Source of the DNA: an uncultured Gammaproteobacteria bacterium
GTDB taxonomy: Bacteria > Patescibacteriota > Patescibacteriia > UBA1558 > CAZAXS01
Assembly: GCA_964489205.1 (NCBI GenBank)
Contig: CAZAXS010000001.1
Location: 1-31,123, forward strand
Direction: 5' to 3'
DNA length: 31,123 bases
Made by a program: the position numbers and the translations under genes. How positions within the stretch are numbered: position 1 is the first letter of the stretch; every line of letters begins with the position of its first letter. A model generated the notes under the pieces. It was not told where the DNA came from. It was given only the letters and a program-made list of their open reading frames with translations, and searched no databases. Positions 8,805 through 15,281 of this stretch are shown in pieces.

Positions 8805-9206
8805 TTAACTCAATAGATCAAAACCCTTCTTAATCCTTTCTGGCAAACTTTGATGCCAAAAATCATAATTATCAAGTTGGTCTAAGGTTGTCCAAGCAAA
8901 AGCTATGTGCTCATCACTCAAAGTCACGTCTTTTGTTTTAACAGAAGCCAAAAAGGTTACCGCATAACAAGCTCGATCGTCTTCTATCCAGCTATCAGCA
9001 TCAATTAATTTATCTATAGAGTAGTCTGTAATACCTACTTCCTCTAAGATTTCACGATCTAGCGCCTGTTTCCAATTTTCACCCAGACTAATCTTGCCAC
9101 CGGGCAATAGCCAGCGACCTTTACGGTGCTGAAGAATCAATACTTCATGATCTTAATTAACCAGGACTACGTTCAGGCTAATTCGCAACAATTCATAATT
9201 TGACAT
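8805..9206 (-). pseudogene. NUDIX hydrolase interrupted by one in-frame TAA
   Basis: Nudix box GGKISLGENWKQALDREILEEVG. The frame extends upstream to ATG 9206 (MSNYELLRISLNVVLVN*DHEVLILQHRKG), giving the usual N-terminal beta-strands, with TAA at 9153-9155. Confidence 0.75.
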
Positions 9207-9211
9207 AAAAT

Positions 9212-9925
9212 TTATGCTGACCACTTATCCGGGAGACTTCCGCCGGCTGTTTCGTAAGTATATTTAAGAAGTTTGGTCAATGATTTCATTTTATCTTGAT
9301 TTTTTAATGTCTGAGAATAATTCAAAATTAATTTAGCAAACTTTTTATCTTTTTTGGATATTTTAGATATAACTTCTCGTGGTTGAGTCAGGGTAAGATT
9401 TTTTATTTTACAGAATAATTCTAAGCAATTGTCTATTATCAATTGTGTGTCTAGCATAAATGCCACATTGTTGTTTTGTTCTAAATCGCGCTTAGCTTCT
9501 CCAAAAAAGTCGTCTAGTGAATATAGATGCATTAACACTTCTCGTCTATTATATTTAATTTTTGAAGTTAAGACTCTTAAAGCTTGGGCTTTAAGTCTAT
9601 TAATTATTGTAGATTTTTCCAAAAGAGTGGTGCTATTATAAATCATACTAGCAACAGGTCGTCGTAGTTTATTCTTTTCGTTTTCTAAATACTTTTTAAT
9701 ATCGTTAACTGAGTCAAACAACACATCAATTCTTTTATTTTGATAAATAAAATTTTCTCGATAGTGGATTGGTTTATTTTTTGTAATAATGTAAAAATCT
9801 ATATCGGAATTTCCGTCCTCAAGCCCACGCGAAGCTGAACCAAAAGCTAGAAAAACTAGATTATTTTGGTCAGCTTGATAACGAGAAATTAGGTAGTTGT
9901 AAATTTTTTTGGTCTGTTTATTCAT
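9212..9925 (-). CDS. DNA polymerase beta-superfamily nucleotidyltransferase with a helical C-terminal domain (KNTase-like architecture)
   Basis: FGSASRG..SDIDF motif and a third acidic strand (IDVLF). Start moved to ATG 9925 (MNKQTKK). Substrate unknown. Confidence 0.75.
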   Translation of the reverse strand: MNKQTKKIYNYLISRYQADQNNLVFLAFGSASRGLEDGNSDIDFYIITKNKPIHYRENFIYQNKRIDVLFDSVNDIKKYLENEKNKLRRPVASMIYNSTTLLEKSTIINRLKAQALRVLTSKIKYNRREVLMHLYSLDDFFGEAKRDLEQNNNVAFMLDTQLIIDNCLELFCKIKNLTLTQPREVISKISKKDKKFAKLILNYSQTLKNQDKMKSLTKLLKYTYETAGGSLPDKWSA

Positions 9926-9986
9926 AAAAAAATATTTTTCATATTTAATATAATAACAGAATGTGGATATCAAGACTACAAAATCT

Positions 9987-10052
9987 ACAAATTAAAATAA
10001 AATCACCAATAATTAAATTGATGATCTTATTATGGCTCGGGAAGAGGGGCTC
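9987..10052 (-). repeat. Duplicate of the tRNA-Asn 3' end (20 nt including CCA) plus 46 nt of trailer
   Basis: 66/66 match to 10183-10248 at offset 196. Confidence 0.95.
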
Positions 10053-10168
10053 TTCTTCACCCGTCGCTTCGCGTCCCGCAAAGCAGGACAAGCTCCGCTC
10101 CTCCTTCAGAACCTGGGTCATAAATAACATGAAACTATTCATATTATTTATGTACCCTTCGAGCCCCT
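10045..10168. other. Highly structured ~125-nt segment between the tRNA-Asn 3' end and its duplicate
   Basis: Closing 8-bp inverted repeat AGGGGCTC (10045-10052)/GAGCCCCT (10161-10168), a ~19-bp AT-rich hairpin at 10115-10157, and a small GC hairpin GTCCCGC-AAA-GCAGGAC at about 10073-10089. Confidence 0.7.
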
Positions 10169-10228
10169 TTAATTGTTTTTTAACAAATTAAAATAAAATC
10201 ACCAATAATTAAATTGATGATCTTATTA

Positions 10229-10303
10229 TGGCTCGGGAAGAGGGGCTCGAACCCACGACCCGCTGATTAACAGTCAGCTGCTCTACCACTGAGCTATTCC
10301 CGA
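10229..10303 (-). tRNA. trnN: tRNA-Asn (GTT)
   Basis: TCGGGAA-TAGCTCAGTGGTAGAGC-A-GCTGA-CTGTTAA-TCAGC-GGGTC-GTGGG-TTCGAGC-CCCTC-TTCCCGA-G-CCA. Full cloverleaf with encoded CCA. Confidence 0.97.
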
Positions 10304-10326
10304 ACGCCATATTTAATTTTTAAAAA

Positions 10327-10542
10327 CTATTTACCGCAACCAGATTTATAATATTTTTCTCTTTTCCTACATTTTATTCTGTCACCCACCTTCTCGATAA
10401 ATATAATTTTCCATGGACGATAACCTTTTATTGAAAAAACCCTACCAAAATTACGGTCTCTTAGTCTCAGATTCACATCTTTTGACATTCCAACATATAT
10501 TCTACCGTCTAAAGAACTTATTATTGCATAAACATTGTACAT
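10327..10542 (-). CDS. Minimal GIY-YIG endonuclease (SLX1-like/YhbQ-like small family), probably degenerate
   Basis: YNVYAI...IYVG...RL..RNxG...RPWK....E...REKYYKSGCGK*. The usual HN is RN. The TAG at 10327-10329 is followed in frame by FLK, matching GKKFLK of the intact copy at 14866. Read-through would give 82 aa ending at 10294, inside the tRNA. Confidence 0.8.
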   Translation of the reverse strand: MYNVYAIISSLDGRIYVGMSKDVNLRLRDRNFGRVFSIKGYRPWKIIFIEKVGDRIKCRKREKYYKSGCGK

Positions 10543-10578
10543 ATTTTACTACAAATATTATGCCCCGCTGTTTTTTTA

Positions 10579-10642
10579 AGCTACTCCCTGCCTTCCGTCA
10601 GGCAGGTACCACTGAGCTATTCCCGAACGCCCTATTTAATTT
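10579..10642 (-). repeat. Duplicate of the tRNA-Asn 5' part with a 20-bp palindrome inserted at the D-loop/D-stem junction
   Basis: 10607-10642 matches 10284-10319 (35/36) and 10579-10586 matches 10276-10283 (7/8). The insert CCTGCCTGACGGAAGGCAGG (minus strand, 10587-10606) lies between them. Confidence 0.9.
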
Positions 10643-10677
10643 ATTAGGTATTTAAATATAGTTAGCAATAATCACTG

Positions 10678-10708
10678 CACACCAGAGGCGAGTCCGCCTT
10701 TGACAGAT
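10678..10708. repeat. Degenerate copy of a GC-rich double-hairpin (REP-like) motif in the tRNA-Asn leader
   Basis: cacacc-AGA-ggcgag-t-ccgcc-TTT-gacaga. Shares CCAGAGGCG and spacing with 15120-15149 and 21056-21086. Confidence 0.6.
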
Positions 10709-10757
10709 TAACTAATTTATATATAACAAGAACGTAAACCTAATAAATAGCACGAAT

Positions 10758-10786
10758 AATATACAGTCTATAACAAAATGTGTCAA
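10758..10786 (-). promoter_or_regulatory. Putative sigma70 promoter for the tRNA-Asn/GIY-YIG transcript
   Basis: Minus strand reads TTGACA-17 nt-TATATT. Confidence 0.65.
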
Positions 10787-10889
10787 TAATTATTTTTGTC
10801 AATAAAATTAAGCTTTTTACAATAATTTCTTGAATTTTTTTAGATATAATACTAAAATAGTCTTCATTCAAGATCATTTTGAGGTAAAC

Positions 10890-11111
10890 ATGGAAAGCGA
10901 TGAAAGAGAAATGAAAATCGTACCTTATGAAGAATACATGCGCCTACAAACGGAAATAATATTAAGTCAAGATAATATTAAAAAAGCCACAGAATTTTTT
11001 GGTCATCCTCCTACCAGAAATGAGGCAGCGTGTTATTACATTTGTAGTGGACAGGCAATACAATTTTCAAAAAAATATAAAATATTAGAAAAGCCCTCGG
11101 AAAAAAACTGA
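10890..11111 (+). CDS. Hypothetical protein (73 aa)
   Basis: GAGG RBS 5 nt before ATG 10890 (ORF track starts at TTG 10830). A hairpin AGCCCTCGG/CTGAGGGCT spans the stop. No family recognised. Confidence 0.55.
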   Translation: MESDEREMKIVPYEEYMRLQTEIILSQDNIKKATEFFGHPPTRNEAACYYICSGQAIQFSKKYKILEKPSEKN

Positions 11112-11128
11112 GGGCTCCTTATTACATG

Positions 11129-11137
11129 TGCTATAAT
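11129..11137 (+). promoter_or_regulatory. Extended -10 element upstream of the 37-aa ORF
   Basis: TGcTATAAT consensus, ending 26 nt before ATG 11164. Confidence 0.5.
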
Positions 11138-11163
11138 ATATTCGCTAATAAATTTAATATTTT

Positions 11164-11277
11164 ATGACTATATTTTTCGCTATCGTTTCTTTAGCTGCCG
11201 TTTTCTTTCTTATGGCAACTGTTGATACCCTGAAAAAAATAAATACCAACATAGAAAAAATTGTTGGTAAGAAATAA
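11164..11277 (+). CDS. Small single-pass membrane protein (37 aa), not in the ORF track
   Basis: MTIFFAIVSLAAVFFLMATVDTLKKINTNIEKIVGKK*: a hydrophobic helix plus a basic tail, flanked by an extended -10 and a terminator. Confidence 0.5.
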   Translation: MTIFFAIVSLAAVFFLMATVDTLKKINTNIEKIVGKK

Positions 11278-11311
11278 AAAAAGACCCTAGCATGACGCAG
11301 GGTCTTTTTTT
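11276..11311. terminator. Bidirectional intrinsic terminator between the small ORF and rpoD
   Basis: AAAAAAGACCCT...AGGGTCTTTTTTT with A/T runs on both sides, between convergent genes. Confidence 0.75.
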
Positions 11312-11314
11312 ATT

Positions 11315-12685
11315 TTAGTAATCTTCTAGTTTTCTTCGACTTGGATGATTTTGAATTTTTTCTAATGCCTTAGCTTCAATTTGTCTAATACGTTCACGAG
11401 TAACACCGAACTCCTGACCCACCTCTTCTAAGGTATGAGTAACGCCGTCGGTCAAACCATAACGCATTTCTAATATTTTTTGTTCACGCGGGGAAAGTTC
11501 AGCAATGATTTCAGTAACATGATCTCTTAATAACTGCATAGCCGCTAATTTATCAGCGGAGATTGTTTTTTCATCTTCAATAAAATCACCAAGGGTACTA
11601 TCTTCATCATCTTCGCCCACAGATGTTTCCAGAGATACAGTTTCTTGAGATATTTTCATAATATGCAAAACCTTATCCAATTCTTCACCCATTTCGGCTG
11701 CAATTTCCTCGGCCAAAGGTTCACGTCCTAAGTCTTGTATTAAGCGACGTTCAACTTGTTGGAAACGATTAATGGTTTCTACCATATGCACAGGAATACG
11801 AATAGTACGAGACTGGTCGGCTAATGACCGAGTGATCGCCTGTCGAATCCACCAAGTAGCATATGTAGAAAATTTAAAACCTTTACGGTAATCAAATTTA
11901 TCAACCGCTCTAAACAAACCGATATTCCCTTCTTGTATTAAATCTAACAAAGTCAAAGAACGGCCGGTAAACTTTTTAGCGATACTAACCACCAAACGTA
12001 AATTCGCTTCAACTAATTTTTTTCTAGCTTCCATGTCACCACGTTCTTTACGTTTAGCCAATTGAATTTCCTCATCGTTACTTAACAATGCAACTTTACC
12101 GATTTCTCGCAAATACATTTGAATTGAATCTTGTGATATATCGGTTAAGTCAATATTACCAAAAGTCGGTTCTTTTTTTCTATTAACACCCGTCTTACTA
12201 ACAACTTTACTTTTTACTTCAGCAACAACCGGATTCAACAAAGAAACCTCACCTAAAATCCCAATTTCCCTTTGAACAATTTGTAAACCCAAAATGTCCA
12301 AAGTATCTAGAAAACTTTCAAATAAATCCATACACTCTTCAACGTCACGAAAAACATACATGACTTCTTCCTCTGTCACAAAACCACGAGATTGAGCTTT
12401 AGCAACTAAAGCATCAACTTGTTCTTGAGTTGGAATAAAAATAGGTTCATCTAGTTGCGGTTGAACCACTGGCTTGGGTGTTGGATTTTTTTTAACATTT
12501 TTAACAACTGGTTTTACAACTTTTTTTATCTTTACAACTTTTTTTTCTTTTTTAGCAACAATCTTTTTTTTGGTTACTATTTTATTTTTAGCTTTTACTT
12601 TGGCTAAAGATTTTTTATTAGTTTTCGTATCTTTAGTGGTTTTTGCTTTTGATTTTACAGCAGTTTTTTTCTTTAGAGCTGACAT
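11315..12685 (-). CDS. rpoD: Primary RNA polymerase sigma factor (sigma70) with a long Lys-rich N-terminal extension
   Basis: Region 1.2 [11 protein letters not shown], region 2 [12 protein letters not shown] / [10 protein letters not shown] / [13 protein letters not shown], region 3 RTIRIPVHM, region 4 [20 protein letters not shown]. Confidence 0.97.
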   Translation of the reverse strand: MSALKKKTAVKSKAKTTKDTKTNKKSLAKVKAKNKIVTKKKIVAKKEKKVVKIKKVVKPVVKNVKKNPTPKPVVQPQLDEPIFIPTQEQVDALVAKAQSRGFVTEEEVMYVFRDVEECMDLFESFLDTLDILGLQIVQREIGILGEVSLLNPVVAEVKSKVVSKTGVNRKKEPTFGNIDLTDISQDSIQMYLREIGKVALLSNDEEIQLAKRKERGDMEARKKLVEANLRLVVSIAKKFTGRSLTLLDLIQEGNIGLFRAVDKFDYRKGFKFSTYATWWIRQAITRSLADQSRTIRIPVHMVETINRFQQVERRLIQDLGREPLAEEIAAEMGEELDKVLHIMKISQETVSLETSVGEDDEDSTLGDFIEDEKTISADKLAAMQLLRDHVTEIIAELSPREQKILEMRYGLTDGVTHTLEEVGQEFGVTRERIRQIEAKALEKIQNHPSRRKLEDY

Positions 12686-12836
12686 AGTTAATAAAATATA
12701 TTAATTATATATTTTACGAGCAAGGGACTTTATTAGTCACCCCCTCGTCTTCTTTTGTTACAAAAATATTTAGAACTTATCCAAATATATGTTCAAAGAA
12801 GATTAATTTTATTTAAAAAAATAAAACTAGATCTGT

Positions 12837-14612
12837 TTATGACATTTCTGCCATCAACCGATCAAGCTCAATACTTTCTGCCACTAAAGAAGTAATCTGT
12901 TCCTGGTTACCAGAAGATTCAGCGGTGCGCAACAAATTTATAATTTCTAATTTACGTTGCTTAATACCTCTGCTGGTGAGTAATTTTGCCAGGCGCTCAC
13001 CTTCTTGTTGGAGTTCACCGGGAGTCAAAGACTGGTAGTCCGTTTCGTACAAAAGCGAACAGCTTTCTTTTAACTCATTCAACTCTTTGGAAAGTTGTTG
13101 ATTATTAACCGATGTAGTATTTAAACCGTTATGAGCATACAACATTTTAACATTTTCGTAAAGATCCTTATATTCACCTTTTGGAAGCCAGCGCTCATCT
13201 AAAAACTTTATACGCTTAAAATCAAATTTTGTGTCATTTAACAGAATAGCCAATAAACTTTCCACCGCTTTTATCGTTTGTGATAACTCAGGATTGTACT
13301 TTCTTTCGTCTTCTTTGTTTAAATTAACAGAACTCGTTATCGTTTTTTGCATATTCCTGTTAACTAACTCACTTAAAGCAGTTTCTGTCGTTCCTAAATG
13401 AACCGCATAAAAACGTAAATAATGATCGCGTTCAACCGGATCGTTTAAATAACTTAATAAATCAACTAATTTTTGGGCTGCTAATTTCTTTTGTTCTAAT
13501 TTATTTAAATCAAATTTAGATAAAATTAATTCAGCCGAATAATCCATGTACGACTTTGCATCTTTGATCGCTTCACGCCACGCGCTTGGATTATTTCTTG
13601 CTAATTCATCCGGATCCTTACCTTCAGGAATAACCACCACCTTAACATTCATTCCCGCTTGCCAGAGCAACTCAATACCTCGCAAATTAGCTTTTTGACC
13701 AGCTGAATCAGCGTCAAAAGCAACCATTACATTGTTGGTATATCTTTTTATTAATTGGACTTGTTGAGGAGTTAAAGCCGTTCCACAAACAGCTGCCACA
13801 TTTTTTGTCCCCGCTTGCCAAACACCCACAGCATCCATATACCCTTCAACTAAAATCACATAATCCAATCTTTTTATCTCGCTTCGACATGCATTTAAGC
13901 GATACAAAACTTCGCTTTTATTATACAAAGGGGTTTGCGGACTGTTTAAATATTTTGGAGAATTTTCTTGCGCTTTTAAAATTCGTCCACCAAAACCGAC
14001 CACACTTCCATGAATATCGGAAATAGGAAACATGATACGACCACGAAAACGATCTATTCCCCGACCATCACTAGCGACCGTTGCTAAACCAATTTGCTGA
14101 AGCTCACGTAAACTATAACCTTTCATTAATAATTTTTTTATTAATCCATCCCAACCTTCCGGCGCCCAACCGATTTTAAATTCTTTAATAGTCTCTTCAG
14201 TTAAACCTCTTCCTTTTAAATAATCCCTGGCTTCACGTCCGCCTGTCAAAGACAACTGTTCCTGCCAAAAATCAGACGCCATATTCATAGCTTCTGACAT
14301 TTTACCAATAATACCCGAAGCTTCTTTATTATAAGACGTTAATTTAATTCCGGCTCGATCGGCTAGCTTAGTTAATGACTCAACAAAAGTTAAATTTTCA
14401 ATTTTTTCTAAAAATTTAATAACATCTCCACCTTCGCCACAACCAAAACAACGCCACATTTGACGATCAGCAGAGACCATAAACGACGGAGTCTTTTCTT
14501 GATGAAAAGGACAGCGCCCTTTAAAATTACTCCCCGAAGGTGTGAGGGTTACATACTCTTTAATAAAAGAGACTATGTCAATTTTTTGTTTAATTAAATC
14601 AACATCATTCAT
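12837..14612 (-). CDS. dnaG: DNA primase
   Basis: CHC2 zinc finger CPFHQEKTPSF...CFGC, DRFRGRIMFPI, PKYLNSP, Toprim VEGYMD and FDADSAG. Upstream of rpoD as in the conserved dnaG-rpoD order. Confidence 0.97.
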   Translation of the reverse strand: MNDVDLIKQKIDIVSFIKEYVTLTPSGSNFKGRCPFHQEKTPSFMVSADRQMWRCFGCGEGGDVIKFLEKIENLTFVESLTKLADRAGIKLTSYNKEASGIIGKMSEAMNMASDFWQEQLSLTGGREARDYLKGRGLTEETIKEFKIGWAPEGWDGLIKKLLMKGYSLRELQQIGLATVASDGRGIDRFRGRIMFPISDIHGSVVGFGGRILKAQENSPKYLNSPQTPLYNKSEVLYRLNACRSEIKRLDYVILVEGYMDAVGVWQAGTKNVAAVCGTALTPQQVQLIKRYTNNVMVAFDADSAGQKANLRGIELLWQAGMNVKVVVIPEGKDPDELARNNPSAWREAIKDAKSYMDYSAELILSKFDLNKLEQKKLAAQKLVDLLSYLNDPVERDHYLRFYAVHLGTTETALSELVNRNMQKTITSSVNLNKEDERKYNPELSQTIKAVESLLAILLNDTKFDFKRIKFLDERWLPKGEYKDLYENVKMLYAHNGLNTTSVNNQQLSKELNELKESCSLLYETDYQSLTPGELQQEGERLAKLLTSRGIKQRKLEIINLLRTAESSGNQEQITSLVAESIELDRLMAEMS

Positions 14613-14685
14613 AGCGCCAGCTTATCACTATCTTACAAATTGAGCAAAAATAAGCAATATTAAAAGATAATACATGTTAAGGATA

Positions 14686-14713
14686 TTGATATTTTTAAAC
14701 AATCTGCTAAACT
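14686..14713 (+). promoter_or_regulatory. Putative sigma70 promoter for tRNA-Ser
   Basis: TTGATA-16 nt-TAAACT with an extended -10 TG. Confidence 0.55.
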
Positions 14714-14739
14714 AGCCAGCGGATTAGTGTTTAGCTGGT

Positions 14740-14829
14740 GGAGAGGTCGCATAGTGGCCTAGTGCGCTCGCTTGGAAAGCGAGTAAGGTGTAAAAGCCTT
14801 CGGGAGTTCGAATCTCCCCTCTTCCGCCA
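14740..14829 (+). tRNA. trnS: tRNA-Ser (GGA)
   Basis: GGAGAGG-TC-GCATAGTGGCCTAGTGC-G-CTCGC-TTGGAAA-GCGAG-long variable arm (AAGG..CCTT)-GGGAG-TTCGAAT-CTCCC-CTCTTCC-G-CCA. Confidence 0.96.
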
Positions 14830-14865
14830 GCTAAACATTAATAAAAAAACAGGGCATATATTTTT

Positions 14866-15117
14866 ATGCCTTATTTTGTCTATATTTTAAAAAGTTTAAA
14901 AAATAACAAACTCTATACTGGGTCAACATCCAAAAATCCCAAAGAGCGCTTACAAGAACATAATTGCGGACACAATAAATGGACAAAAGCTAATGGTCCA
15001 TTTGTGCTAATTTATTATGAAAGATTTGCATGTTCAACCTGCGCTAGAATAAGAGAAAATTTTCTTAAAAGCGGAATAGGAAAAAAGTTCTTAAAATTAC
15101 TATTAAGTTTACAATAG
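14866..15117 (+). CDS. Minimal GIY-YIG endonuclease (SLX1-like/YhbQ-like small family), intact, 83 aa
   Basis: YFVYILKS...LYTGST...ERLQEHNCG...TK..GPF.LIYYE.F...A..RE.FLKSG.G; the Tyr, Arg, His-Asn and Glu positions of the family are retained. Confidence 0.9.
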   Translation: MPYFVYILKSLKNNKLYTGSTSKNPKERLQEHNCGHNKWTKANGPFVLIYYERFACSTCARIRENFLKSGIGKKFLKLLLSLQ

Positions 15118-15119
15118 TT

Positions 15120-15149
15120 TCCGCCAGAGGCGGGTCAACCCCTGGTTGA
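15120..15149. repeat. GC-rich double-hairpin (REP-like) motif inserted in the T-loop of the duplicated tRNA-Ser 3' end
   Basis: TCCGCC-AGA-GGCGGG-T-CAACC-CCT-GGTTGA, preceded by AGTT and followed by CGAATCTCCC, which are the two halves of the tRNA's AGTT|CGAATCTCCC. Confidence 0.8.
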
Positions 15150-15247
15150 CGAATCTCCCCTCTTCCGCCAGCTAAACATTAATAAAAAAACAGGGCTTAT
15201 ATTTCTATGCCTTATTTTGTCTATATTTTAAAAAGTTTAAAAAATAA
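15150..15247 (+). repeat. Duplicate of the tRNA-Ser 3' end, trailer and first ~13 codons of the GIY-YIG gene
   Basis: 96/98 match to 14809-14906 at offset 341. Confidence 0.95.
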
Positions 15248-15274
15248 ACCACCAAGTCTGACTTGGTGGTTTTT
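15246..15274. terminator. Bidirectional intrinsic terminator
   Basis: AAACCACCAAGT-CTG-ACTTGGTGGTTT followed by a T run, between convergent units. Confidence 0.75.
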
Positions 15275-15281
15275 ATATTGT

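Noticed and set aside
9153-10329. Stop-codon reassignment as the reason for the internal TAA (NUDIX) and TAG (GIY-YIG)
   Set aside because: Two different stop codons are involved, core genes end normally at TAA or TAG, and long conserved genes are intact under code 11. UGA recoding is also not needed.
9945-10655. ORFs 9945-10142, 9961-10191 and 10413-10655
   Set aside because: They run across tRNA-derived repeats, hairpins or the antisense of the GIY-YIG gene. The non-coding explanation fits better.
14704-14736. Alternative hairpin GCTAAAC/GTTTAGC that could switch the tRNA-Ser leader pairing
   Set aside because: The upstream arm coincides with the predicted -10 box and is probably not transcribed.
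9987-15247. Prophage or integrase-type genomic island (attL/attR), or a CRISPR array, suggested by the direct repeats
   Set aside because: The repeats enclose only 130-280 bp. No integrase, phage or cas genes are present, and no repeat occurs more than twice with regular spacers.
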